Below, one piece after another: positions 37,859 through 47,107 of a stretch of DNA of 52,732 nucleotides; positions within the stretch are counted from its first letter, which is position 1; each line of letters begins with the position of its first letter. Location: IMG/VR virus record IMGVR_UViG_3300017913_000199, positions 1 to 52,732 of that record; one strand, given 5' to 3'. Position numbers and translations under genes: made by a program. Under the pieces are notes generated by a model. It saw nothing but the letters and a program-made list of their open reading frames with translations, was not told the DNA's origin and made no database searches. This DNA is from a virus (Duplodnaviria > Caudoviricetes).

Positions 37859-39006
37859 ACCTGACCGCCTGTAATTGTACCGTTGTTAGTCAACGTTACA
37901 TTTGATATACCTTGAATAGCGGCACCAGCAGCACCGCCACCAGCACCAGCAGATCCAGCCGCACCATTTGATACATTGCCATTTGCACCTGCGGTTCCAT
38001 CTGATCCTGATGCGCCAGTTGCTCCAAATGCGCCACCAGTGCCCCCAGTGCCACCAGTGCCACCAGCACCAGCATTTGTTCCACCAGCCGCACCGCCAGA
38101 ACCACTAGAGCCAGCACTTGCAGTTTGATTGTAGCCAGCTCCAACGCCACCAGCACCGCCAGCCCCGCCAGCACCGCCTGTCGAACTGCCTGATGATACA
38201 GTTCTTCGTCTAACTTGACGACCATCCCTGTTGTTTTCGCTATCTGAGCAAAATTGAGCACCACGATGATACTCATAACCGCCATATGTTTGAGGTGTGT
38301 TATTAAACCCGCCAGCCGTATAGCCTACCGTACTAGAATTCCAGCGCACTCTCACACCGTTGTTCCAAAACATCCAGCCGTAATCAATACTATCTTCGTT
38401 ACAATTGTACTGAGCACTGCCAGTTTGATAGGCAGTAAAAGATCCGTAAGAAGTAAAAGATCCGTTGCCGCCATTACCGCCGTTCCCTCCAGAACCGCCG
38501 CCGCCGCCACCAGAACGAATAGTGCCATTATTAATAAAAGTGCAAGCAGTAGCAGCTTCAAATGCGTCGCCACCTGCGGCACCTGCACTACCCCCAGCAC
38601 CAGTAAGTGTGCCATTGTTGGTTACAGTAATTGTGCCAGCACCACCAGAATTAATCTCTAGGGCTTCTTCAGCAGTTGAGGTTGCCCCCAATTCAACGCC
38701 ACTATTGATAACAATCTCTTTTGGGTAATCGACAGCGAAGTCGTCTCCAAATAATGTAGAGGCGTTTTGATTTGTAGCAGCGGCAGAAAAAATAAACTTA
38801 AAACCTCTAGCAGTGCCACGAAAATTATCTATAGTAATTGTACCACTTGTCGGTACAGTGGATGCTAAATTTGTTCCAGTGTTGTTTGCCGCCTTCGATC
38901 TAACATGACTCCCGCCACGATACATCTCAGATAGACTAATTGCACCAGAGCGTCCCCACTCCGTGCGAATATCACTCATACTAACTGCGCCAGTTCCTAT
39001 AGCCAT
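37855..39006 (-). CDS. Gly-rich tail fibre tip / receptor-binding protein
   Basis: ISLSEMYRGG and VPTSGTI N-terminus; poly-Gly segments flanking an aromatic insert. Confidence 0.75.
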   Translation of the reverse strand: MAIGTGAVSMSDIRTEWGRSGAISLSEMYRGGSHVRSKAANNTGTNLASTVPTSGTITIDNFRGTARGFKFIFSAAATNQNASTLFGDDFAVDYPKEIVINSGVELGATSTAEEALEINSGGAGTITVTNNGTLTGAGGSAGAAGGDAFEAATACTFINNGTIRSGGGGGGSGGNGGNGGNGSFTSYGSFTAYQTGSAQYNCNEDSIDYGWMFWNNGVRVRWNSSTVGYTAGGFNNTPQTYGGYEYHRGAQFCSDSENNRDGRQVRRRTVSSGSSTGGAGGAGGAGGVGAGYNQTASAGSSGSGGAAGGTNAGAGGTGGTGGTGGAFGATGASGSDGTAGANGNVSNGAAGSAGAGGGAAGAAIQGISNVTLTNNGTITGGQV

Positions 39007-40064
39007 TATGGTGTCCCAAATGCTGTTATATCGTCTGCTGAAGTGACTGCACCGTCGGAAGCTAACTTAAAGACTGTGGTGCCGTTATATTTGAACAACA
39101 AATCATTGTCCCCGGTGTCTAACTCTATTGACCACTTAGAAGAGCCAAATAGTATTGAGTTGCCGTTGGTGTCGAGATCGCCGCCAAGCTGTGGTGTCGT
39201 GTCTTCAACAACATTAGCTATACCAGAAGCACCAAGATCATTATTAAAGCCCGACAAAGCAATGTTTGCTTTAGTTAGTTTCTTTTGGTTTCCAGAAGAA
39301 TCAACTACCGCAAAAAAATCCCCGTCACCGTCTGAAACCGACGTGGTGAGTTCGTTCAGGTCAAGCGATAGAGTGTGAGAAATACCTTCCCCAGATGTAG
39401 CACCCGTAGACGCCAGACCTGTTCCGGCTGTAATATCAGACGTGTAATCCCCTGTTGTGTCTGTGCCCAAAGCAACTGAGTTGGCTTGAATTGTAGCTGT
39501 GCCTGTTACGTTACCTGAACCGTCAAATGAGGCTGATGTCCATACCACATCGCCTGTCATACCAATTGTGCGTCCCGTTGCAAGGGCAGTAGCCGTGTCG
39601 GCATTACCAGTTACGTCGCCCGTTACGTCGCCCGTTACGTCGCCTGTAAGATCTGCTGTTATTGTCCCCGCAGAAAAGTCACCACTTGCATCTCTAAATA
39701 CAATGGTGCTTGCTGTATTAGCGTCGGTTGCATTTGATGTAACAGTAAATGTTCCGGATTCTGCGTTTACGGAGCCGCTAAGACCGTTGCCTGACGTTGC
39801 CCCCTGTTCAACGTAGGAACCTGTTGTTTTAGTTCCTAGCGCAATAGAGTTTGCAGCAATTGCTGTTGCTGTAACAGCGTTAGCCGCCAAACCACTAGAT
39901 GTGATTTGTGGCCCCTCTCCTGTTGTTCCATCGTGACTGTGACCAGTAGACGAGTTAAATGCAGCTACAATTGCATCAAACTCACCATCCAAATCAGCAG
40001 CGTTAATAACGTTACCGTCTGCAATATTGTTTGGGGTATCGTTACGAGTATATCCTGTACCCAT
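39006..40064 (-). CDS. Tail fibre protein
   Basis: NIADGNVINAADLDGEFDAI N-terminus, GDVT repeats, DTTPQLGGDLD. Confidence 0.8.
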   Translation of the reverse strand: MGTGYTRNDTPNNIADGNVINAADLDGEFDAIVAAFNSSTGHSHDGTTGEGPQITSSGLAANAVTATAIAANSIALGTKTTGSYVEQGATSGNGLSGSVNAESGTFTVTSNATDANTASTIVFRDASGDFSAGTITADLTGDVTGDVTGDVTGNADTATALATGRTIGMTGDVVWTSASFDGSGNVTGTATIQANSVALGTDTTGDYTSDITAGTGLASTGATSGEGISHTLSLDLNELTTSVSDGDGDFFAVVDSSGNQKKLTKANIALSGFNNDLGASGIANVVEDTTPQLGGDLDTNGNSILFGSSKWSIELDTGDNDLLFKYNGTTVFKLASDGAVTSADDITAFGTP

Positions 40065-40069
40065 ATCTA

Positions 40070-41602
40070 TTATCTCCTTCCATAGAGTCCGTATTGTATG
40101 GTTGCAGAGTCTATGGTAAATGTAGAGTCAAGTGTCTGACCCAATGTTTCGTATAGGATTGATACGGTAAATCCTGAACCCGTTACTGGCTCATCATAAA
40201 TATATCTAGCTTTGTTGCCGTACGTTGATGTGCCAAATACGCCAGCACCAAAAACAACAGATGTCGCACTTGCATTGTTTAAAGTAACTGGCAGTGGTTG
40301 TATTGAACCTGACTGATCAAAATCGTATTTAATAGACATCTGTAGTTCAAATACACCGTTTGTATCTATGAAAGTTGTATTTCTAAATACTGTTTTACGT
40401 AAGTTAGGATCTTGCAAAGGCACAAACGGTGTAGCAAAAGTAGCTGTTATGTTTGTACCGTCGAAAGTATTACCCTGTTCCATTCTATATACGTAGTTTG
40501 TGTCGTTTGCAAAATATATAAATTCTGTATTCCCATCGTATTCACTAAATGTAGAATAGGCCTTAAAGCCACGCAAGTCGTTCCACGATATACCTTCTTG
40601 CAATTGTGTTGCGGCTATTGCCTTAGATGCTGCCGGTTGAACTGTCACGTTATACCCAAATATCCTATACTGGCTTTTTTCTCTGATGACTATACTACTA
40701 AACGAGGTACTACTAGAAACTAAATCTAGCACATCCTCTTGGATAGGCTTCGATATTACCCCTAATGCAAAGTCACCAACACGGTCTGTAGCAGAAAACG
40801 TTCTGATACCGTCTGGCCCTAAAAAAAGTATATCACCGCCTATCTCTTGAATAGTGTCTTCAGCAATACACCCCAGATCTTGTGAAACGGGCTGCAGGGT
40901 AAAATCTGCTACACTGCTACCTACAATACGATTTATCTTATTTTCACTAAAAATAATTAGCTGATCACGAAAAACAATTAAACCTGTTACATTATCAGCT
41001 ATATTTATTATACCACCCCCAGAAGCACTTGTAAAGTCATCATCTTCATATGGAGCAGAAAAAATAACTTTTTTACCGCTTGCAAGAAACACGTGGTTCT
41101 TAAAATTTATTACGTGACTACATGCTAAAGTATCATTATCCAAAGATGTTAGTTCTTCAAACGTCAAAGTATCAAACCGAAATGGTTTATTTGCACTATC
41201 ACCATCGACTAAAAGAAACTTTTCGTTGCCGTCAAAGTCATACTTTAAAAATCTAACTTTACTAGATCCGGCTCCGATGTTAACCCCCGCACTATTAAAA
41301 GTAGCATTATTGGTTATTTCAGTCCAACCACTGCCTGATGATCTGTATACAGACGTGCCCCGTGCTACATATACATTATCCTTGTAGCGAAGAATGCCTC
41401 TAATCAAGCCGCTTCCCGGAATATCATTATCATCAAACTTTTCAAACCCTTCAATACGGCGATACCCACCAAAAACCGACGGTTCAAAGTTTCGTAATAT
41501 TCGTGCACTTCCGGGGGCGGTTATGCCATGCTGCAACGGAGACAGGTTGGTTATTAAGCCCCCCTTCAATTCGAATATGTTAGTATTCCAACGATCTGGC
41601 AT
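40070..41602 (-). CDS. Tail nozzle (tail tubular protein B-like)
   Basis: 510 aa, beta-rich, follows the adaptor gene. Confidence 0.75.
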   Translation of the reverse strand: MPDRWNTNIFELKGGLITNLSPLQHGITAPGSARILRNFEPSVFGGYRRIEGFEKFDDNDIPGSGLIRGILRYKDNVYVARGTSVYRSSGSGWTEITNNATFNSAGVNIGAGSSKVRFLKYDFDGNEKFLLVDGDSANKPFRFDTLTFEELTSLDNDTLACSHVINFKNHVFLASGKKVIFSAPYEDDDFTSASGGGIINIADNVTGLIVFRDQLIIFSENKINRIVGSSVADFTLQPVSQDLGCIAEDTIQEIGGDILFLGPDGIRTFSATDRVGDFALGVISKPIQEDVLDLVSSSTSFSSIVIREKSQYRIFGYNVTVQPAASKAIAATQLQEGISWNDLRGFKAYSTFSEYDGNTEFIYFANDTNYVYRMEQGNTFDGTNITATFATPFVPLQDPNLRKTVFRNTTFIDTNGVFELQMSIKYDFDQSGSIQPLPVTLNNASATSVVFGAGVFGTSTYGNKARYIYDEPVTGSGFTVSILYETLGQTLDSTFTIDSATIQYGLYGRR

Positions 41603-42280
41603 CTAGATGGCCCTTGCGTATACATTTTCGTTTACATTCTGTGTACGCATACGTTTCATACCTTCCTCAAATTTCCTAAAAGACAATTGTGCAGACTCTA
41701 AGTTATCGCGGAACATATATGCGTAATACATTCCGCCATCTACAATTACATGTCGATAGCGAAAAGGAATGGTAGGAACATCTGTATCATTGGTTAAATC
41801 TGCAGGATACATGTAATATTCATACTTCACAGAATACGCAGCATCTGGAATCGGTGCAAAAATAATGTCGCTGTCTTGTGCACGTACAACGTATTCTGGC
41901 GCAGACCCTTGAGATGCGACTTTGTATTCTTCGTCAATAAACCGACTCACATATTCGTCGTAGGATAGTTGTGTTAGTTTACGAGCACTTTCAACAAGAG
42001 GTGTAGTCGTACGCTGCAAACGAACGGTATCAAAATCTACGTACTTTGAATTGGTTGGCAGAGGGTATCTCAACTGACCTGCAGTCAAGGTTATCTCATC
42101 AAAGTTATGATTAAAAGGCCATGCAAAGTGTGATTGGTTAATATCCCGGATTGCAGCGTTTACAGAATCTTTTAGTTGTGCGTAGACACCTGTAACAGTG
42201 GGAAAATTAGCGGAAGTTAGCTCTGTCTCATTTAACCGACGGGCAATATCATTTGTTAATCCTAAAAAATCGTATGCCAT
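41603..42280 (-). CDS. Head-tail adaptor (tail tubular protein A-like)
   Basis: 225 aa; WPF and PIPDAAY motifs; position. Confidence 0.75.
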   Translation of the reverse strand: MAYDFLGLTNDIARRLNETELTSANFPTVTGVYAQLKDSVNAAIRDINQSHFAWPFNHNFDEITLTAGQLRYPLPTNSKYVDFDTVRLQRTTTPLVESARKLTQLSYDEYVSRFIDEEYKVASQGSAPEYVVRAQDSDIIFAPIPDAAYSVKYEYYMYPADLTNDTDVPTIPFRYRHVIVDGGMYYAYMFRDNLESAQLSFRKFEEGMKRMRTQNVNENVYARAI

Positions 42281-42604
42281 CTAGTTTTTCTCCACGACAC
42301 GAATTCGTGCTTCCTGCTCAAATATAGTCGAGATGCTTGTCGTCATCCGGCAAATAATATTGTATTCTTGAAAGTTGGTTCCCAAGCCCAAGTACAAAGT
42401 AGCTACTGTGTCTGTATTTGTGTTTGTTACATGTTGAAGCCCGTTTACAATATCCCCTTGTGCAAAAGTTATAAACGAATCTGTTGTTGCATCGTAGATC
42501 TTCCAAGCGACACTGCTAATTGTGTGTGTTTCTAAAATATTAGTCCAGTCGATAGAATAATCTACCTGATCATCTGGATCTTTATCTTGCCACTTGATAG
42601 ACAT
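42281..42604 (-). CDS. Putative tail-associated protein
   Basis: KDPDDQVDYSIDW motif. Confidence 0.65.
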   Translation of the reverse strand: MSIKWQDKDPDDQVDYSIDWTNILETHTISSVAWKIYDATTDSFITFAQGDIVNGLQHVTNTNTDTVATLYLGLGTNFQEYNIICRMTTSISTIFEQEARIRVVEKN

Positions 42605-42606
42605 TG

Positions 42607-43470
42607 TTATGCAACCCTTCTTGCTTGTGACGGGGTTAATATGAATGTTCGAACTTTACTATATCCAAGCACAGGAATGACTAAGGTTATGCCTGTATAC
42701 GTTCCTGCACCGATAGATCCTGTCATACCTACGGATGTAACACGATGGATGTTTGAAAAGGTAAAACTACCAACAAATCCTGTAGCACTAACACCAGTAA
42801 TACCTTCGTCCGGGTTTTCGAATACGGTGTTGACAGAGCCTGTTGCAGATACGCCTGTCGATACAACTTTTAAGTTTTCGCGTACACTGCCTACGCTTCC
42901 AGTTGCTGATACACCGTCTACAACTGTGGTTTGTGATGGGCCGCTAGCTATAACGCCGCCTGTTTCGGCTGTAGCCGATACGCCAACAAGACGCTCTGAT
43001 ATGTCAATTTCGAATCCGTTGACAGCTACAGTTTGAACTTGGCCTGTGCCTGAAACACCCGTTAAAGTTACCAAGCTTGGGACTACGCCGTATTCAGCTT
43101 TTCCGTATTCCCCCGTGCCGTACTTAGCAACAAAAGCGGAATCAAAAGCAACACTTATAGTATTGCCCATAGAATTGCCGTGAACAGTACAGTAATACCT
43201 TAGTTCTACAGGGGTAGCAGCCCCTACAATTATCTGTACTTCAGCCCCTGCCTGACCCGCTGCGTTTGTTACGCTAACGTCAGTATTATAAATAGCCCCT
43301 GAACCATCTTTAAATCTAAGTGGATGACCAGAGTTACTACTATCTGATAGGTCAAAAACGTATGTATTACCTCTACTAAAACTTAGCGTTGGATTAGGAG
43401 AACCATCTATGTAATAGACGTTTCCTGATCCGGAATTCGCTACAGTAACAGTATAGGTAATTGTAGCCAT
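42607..43470 (-). CDS. Virion structural protein with cupredoxin-like N-terminal domain and GVSATG repeats
   Basis: RGNTYVFD..SNSGHPL..YYCTVHGNSMG. Confidence 0.7.
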   Translation of the reverse strand: MATITYTVTVANSGSGNVYYIDGSPNPTLSFSRGNTYVFDLSDSSNSGHPLRFKDGSGAIYNTDVSVTNAAGQAGAEVQIIVGAATPVELRYYCTVHGNSMGNTISVAFDSAFVAKYGTGEYGKAEYGVVPSLVTLTGVSGTGQVQTVAVNGFEIDISERLVGVSATAETGGVIASGPSQTTVVDGVSATGSVGSVRENLKVVSTGVSATGSVNTVFENPDEGITGVSATGFVGSFTFSNIHRVTSVGMTGSIGAGTYTGITLVIPVLGYSKVRTFILTPSQARRVA

Positions 43471-43472
43471 GT

Positions 43473-43910
43473 TTAGGCTATCCGAATAACAGCGTTACTT
43501 GCATCGGCTGCAGGGAATTCAATAGTCAAGTCACCTGCTGAAGCACTAACTGTGCCGCCAAAGTCGATTACAGCAATTGCTGCGTTACTTGCGGCAGTGT
43601 TGTAGATGATACAACCATCGGCAGACAAGGTTACGTTGGTAAATACTTCGTCTGTAAAGTCAACGATTGCAGTGGTGCCATCTGTGGAGATGCTTGCACC
43701 GTCAAGAACTTGACCACCAGCAGTGTAGCCAGTTCCGCTTGCTTCGTCAGAGTTGCCTGTTACATCTGAATAGTTGGTTGTTGCTGCACCATAAGTTCCG
43801 CTAGGGGAAGCTTTAATTAGTGCAAGTTTAAGAGAGTCTGTGTCGAGGTCGTGCGTACCGCCCAAAAGTTCAGACTTGAACGACGTGCACATCGCGGTTG
43901 TGATTGCCAT
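43473..43910 (-). CDS. Virion structural protein
   Basis: SFKSELL, GYTAGG, VIDFG pattern. Confidence 0.7.
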   Translation of the reverse strand: MAITTAMCTSFKSELLGGTHDLDTDSLKLALIKASPSGTYGAATTNYSDVTGNSDEASGTGYTAGGQVLDGASISTDGTTAIVDFTDEVFTNVTLSADGCIIYNTAASNAAIAVIDFGGTVSASAGDLTIEFPAADASNAVIRIA

Positions 43911-43931
43911 TGGGTTACTCCTTCAGGGCAG

Positions 43932-44291
43932 TTAACGATTTGGTTCGTAAAATTCTTCGGCTGCTACTACTACCGTAAGTGTATCTACTGTACCTGCAGC
44001 AACTATAATCTTGTCTCCTTCATGGCAGTACAAGGGCTTGTCTACTGTAAATATAGACTCGCTACCCTTACCTTCCACAGCATGTGAAGAAAACAATGTG
44101 TGAGTGGTCGTAGTATCAGCTTCGTAAAATTTTAAGGTGTAGTTACGGTTGCTGTTGTCACTATTAGTAATTAAAATGTGTTCAATGTGAGAGGAAAAGT
44201 TAATGGGGACAATATAACAGTCTGTGTCACTTGTAGTTGACAGAGCCGTTGCATGAGTTACAAACTTAGAACCTCCAGATAATACGGGCAT
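43932..44291 (-). CDS. Putative structural protein
   Basis: Beta-rich 119-aa ORF. Confidence 0.65.
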   Translation of the reverse strand: MPVLSGGSKFVTHATALSTTSDTDCYIVPINFSSHIEHILITNSDNSNRNYTLKFYEADTTTTHTLFSSHAVEGKGSESIFTVDKPLYCHEGDKIIVAAGTVDTLTVVVAAEEFYEPNR

Positions 44292-44502
44292 CAGTTTACT
44301 TTCTTACTATGATGTATTTATTTTTACCAATTTGTTTCAGGTCTTTGCTTTTTAGTACAGCAGGTGGGGATGTTCGCCTCATACACTGAGGTTTTAGGAT
44401 TTGGGATCTAATAAGCTTAACACTGTTCTGTGTTTTTTCCAAAACCAATCCCCTACTTTTGTAAACGGTTTACCTGCATACAAAAAACTAAAACCGACGC
44501 AT

Positions 44503-44703
44503 TTAATCAAATAGCGACGGGCGGATGTCATAGTCATCCTCAAGCCAATCAAGGGTACATAGGCGGTAATGCGCTTCAGACCAGTCTTTAACAGCCTTGT
44601 CCATAGCAAGTAAGTCATTTTTAGAGTTTTTAAAAACATATTCTGCTGTCTTCTTTTTTGATTCATAGGTGTGGCGGAGAGCGTCTATTGCAAGTTTGTC
44701 CAT
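44503..44703 (-). CDS. Hypothetical protein
   Basis: Follows promoter; GGGGA RBS. Confidence 0.7.
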   Translation of the reverse strand: MDKLAIDALRHTYESKKKTAEYVFKNSKNDLLAMDKAVKDWSEAHYRLCTLDWLEDDYDIRPSLFD

Positions 44704-44722
44704 GTTAATCCCCTTCGAACTT

Positions 44723-44751
44723 ATTATAGACTAAAAATGTAAATTAGTCAA
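44723..44751 (-). promoter_or_regulatory. Sigma70-like promoter upstream of tail genes
   Basis: TTGACT-17bp-TATAAT. Confidence 0.8.
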
Positions 44752-44752
44752 G

Positions 44753-45232
44753 TTATTTCGGAAGAAGGGCAATAGCTGCGAATAATAACCCGGCTGCTGT
44801 TGCTACAATTAAACTAATCAAAGCAGACTGTTTCAAACCTTCGACGAACTCTTCGTGTTCCTGTTGCGCTTTTATTTTAGCTTGTCGCTCTGCTTCTTTT
44901 GCTTCTTGTATTCGTCGTGCACGTTCATCAACGATGCTTTGCCAAGTTCCGGGACCGAACCTCATGTCAACGAGGTTTCGCATTTCATTGATCTGTTCTT
45001 GAGCGAGTCGTGCATCGATAACTTCTTGTGCAACCGACTTGATACCGAACTGGTCGCCTATGCTAGTCCCAGACTTTTTAGCCCGTTGTTGCTGGACTTG
45101 TTTTTCGCCAGTGAGGAGATTGTCAATATGCCCTGCAACTTCCCCTACATCTTTAGCGGTGTTAATTGCAGACTTTATTCCCTCGACAGCACTCTTCACT
45201 AATGCGATACCCGCAAGAGTCTCTGCAATCAT
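44753..45232 (-). CDS. Coiled-coil protein with C-terminal TM
   Basis: GAGGA RBS; hydrophobic C-terminus. Confidence 0.75.
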   Translation of the reverse strand: MIAETLAGIALVKSAVEGIKSAINTAKDVGEVAGHIDNLLTGEKQVQQQRAKKSGTSIGDQFGIKSVAQEVIDARLAQEQINEMRNLVDMRFGPGTWQSIVDERARRIQEAKEAERQAKIKAQQEHEEFVEGLKQSALISLIVATAAGLLFAAIALLPK

Positions 45233-45255
45233 CTCTGTTCCTCATTCGTTGTTGG

Positions 45256-45516
45256 TTAGGTTGAAACAGGGTCATTACGTTTTTCGGCTAGTCTTTTTTT
45301 CTTCAACATACTTTTAGCATCCCTTGTAGAAGGAAAACCCGGCGCAAATTTTCTAACTCTACCTGCCCCAATATTTGCACGATGCTCCGTTTTTTGTCTT
45401 TGAATAATAGTATTCATTTCATTGGCACCGTCATCCCCTCTTAGTTCTTCACTAGGAGCAGCTTTACGCGGGGCACCAGAATAATTTTTTCCGTTTGGTT
45501 TTACTTCTATTGGCAT
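45256..45516 (-). CDS. Basic hypothetical protein (RKAAPSEE motif)
   Basis: Coupled ORF. Confidence 0.6.
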   Translation of the reverse strand: MPIEVKPNGKNYSGAPRKAAPSEELRGDDGANEMNTIIQRQKTEHRANIGAGRVRKFAPGFPSTRDAKSMLKKKRLAEKRNDPVST

Positions 45517-45710
45517 TAGGTAAACGCGACCTTCCTTCCCTTCTTCATTAATTCAATAGCTTTGTCAGTTGGTTTATCTGGTACATATATACCGCCCGAT
45601 TCTAGTTTACGAGGGGGCCTATCAAGCACACGCATATCATATTCGAGAGACCTTTGTATATCTGATTTGTTTTTTTCAGCACTTTCCTCTGCGGGTCTTC
45701 CTTTAGACAT
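45516..45710 (-). CDS. Hypothetical protein (N-terminal GRPAEESAEK motif)
   Basis: MSKGRPA start right after upstream stop. Confidence 0.6.
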   Translation of the reverse strand: MSKGRPAEESAEKNKSDIQRSLEYDMRVLDRPPRKLESGGIYVPDKPTDKAIELMKKGRKVAFT

Positions 45711-45711
45711 T

Positions 45712-45990
45712 TTACCTTGTCTCCCTGCTACGCATGGCACCACGCGGTTGAACTTTGCCGCCATACATCTTTTGAGATTTGCGATAATCTGCATAATCGG
45801 ATGCACTACCGAAATAGCTAGGCAGTTCCATACCCTGCTCTTTATATATGTCTTTAATATTGTCTATGTTATTTTCATAGTATTTCTTGTGCATACGATA
45901 AGGTGCACTAGAAGGAAAGGGCTTGGCTACACCACTAACTTCTTTCGGTTCCTCTTTAGCCATTCCTATTTTTTCTGCTATAGTTTTCAT
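45712..45990 (-). CDS. Hypothetical protein (C-terminal MYGGKVQPRGAMRSRE motif)
   Basis: MKTIAEK start coupled to lysozyme stop. Confidence 0.65.
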   Translation of the reverse strand: MKTIAEKIGMAKEEPKEVSGVAKPFPSSAPYRMHKKYYENNIDNIKDIYKEQGMELPSYFGSASDYADYRKSQKMYGGKVQPRGAMRSRETR

Positions 45991-46475
45991 TAAAATTCCC
46001 CTGTCTTCATCGCATCCGAAAGTATACGTGCCCTTCGGCCTACCTGCCGTGCCCACTTCGAATCCATCATTTCAAACCCTGCAGCTTCAAAGTTTTCTTC
46101 GTGGATTGCAGACCACATCTTCTTAAATTTGCACAGACGGGGTACACCCATGTTGAATGCCATGTCCATCAGGACGAGTTGACGAACAGCATCCAAGTTC
46201 TCTACGCATTCGTGAACTCTACACAGTTCGCTTTCTACAATCTTGATGTCGTTCATTGCAAGAAATCGCGCATCGGCTTCGGTAATGCCGTGCTGATACA
46301 CAGTTTCCATATTTGGAATATCTAGGTAGGCAAGCTCTTCTTTGCTAATGCCTCTGTCTTTCAAGTTACGACCGATACCGATTGTGTCGATACCAAGCGT
46401 GTCCTGATAGACTTCAAGAACCATACCTTCGTGTTCGATAAGTTTATCTAAGAAATGCGACGCATTATACTTCAT
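45990..46475 (-). CDS. Endolysin, T4-type (GH24) lysozyme
   Basis: HEG-x-YQD-x-TIGIG catalytic E/D/T, DMAFNMG, SKWARQV. Confidence 0.92.
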   Translation of the reverse strand: MKYNASHFLDKLIEHEGMVLEVYQDTLGIDTIGIGRNLKDRGISKEELAYLDIPNMETVYQHGITEADARFLAMNDIKIVESELCRVHECVENLDAVRQLVLMDMAFNMGVPRLCKFKKMWSAIHEENFEAAGFEMMDSKWARQVGRRARILSDAMKTGEF

Positions 46476-46702
46476 CGGTTTTCCCCGAACTCTTCCATGA
46501 GGTTGTCTATATGAACTCTAGGCTGTGTTCTATCCATGTACTTTTCGTATGTACCCCGTACAGCGTAATCTACAAGGGCATCATAGTCCCAGCTAAGTAC
46601 GTAGTTTTTTACAGCAACCTGTATATCTTTTTCTTTGTAGGTCTGTACTTTAGTTCTTGTAGTAGGAAATCCCTCAGTGTTTTCCATCTTGAACATAGAC
46701 AT
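46472..46702 (-). CDS. Hypothetical protein
   Basis: Coupled ORF. Confidence 0.6.
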   Translation of the reverse strand: MSMFKMENTEGFPTTRTKVQTYKEKDIQVAVKNYVLSWDYDALVDYAVRGTYEKYMDRTQPRVHIDNLMEEFGENR

Positions 46703-46896
46703 TATATTTCCAACGCTCCTACGATACCACACTTATATTCAACAGATGCCCACGAACCATCTTTTGGTATCTCTTCGTATACCTGTCTGTTTCGTTCACA
46801 TTTATTTTCGTTATCAAACCACTGAACTGTCTGATTAAAACATTTCCCTTCTGCTGTACAAACAGTCAACACCAGTGCCCAAATTACAGTATTCAT
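46702..46896 (-). CDS. Small Cys-containing, possibly secreted protein
   Basis: Hydrophobic N-terminus and four Cys. Confidence 0.65.
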   Translation of the reverse strand: MNTVIWALVLTVCTAEGKCFNQTVQWFDNENKCERNRQVYEEIPKDGSWASVEYKCGIVGALEI

Positions 46897-47105
46897 TCTT
46901 TTTTGCCCTTGCTTTCTTGGCCCATCCAGATACCAAATATACCAGTCATAACACCCATGATAACGGAAACAAACGCTGACTGTTGCATTGTGGGGTCTTC
47001 AAGATTCATAAACCACTCTGCACATCGCCACGACATTAACACAGATGCAAGCATTGTCATACGGGCAATAAGGTTGTATTCAATCAGCTTTCTTAGCCAG
47101 CTCAT
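46893..47105 (-). CDS. Two-TM membrane protein (lysis module)
   Basis: Two hydrophobic helices. Confidence 0.65.
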   Translation of the reverse strand: MSWLRKLIEYNLIARMTMLASVLMSWRCAEWFMNLEDPTMQQSAFVSVIMGVMTGIFGIWMGQESKGKKE

Positions 47106-47107
47106 TT

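Noticed and set aside
39610-39644. 12-bp tandem repeat GTTACGTCGCCC as a DGR or regulatory repeat
   Set aside because: It encodes ordinary GDVT fibre repeats, and no reverse transcriptase is present
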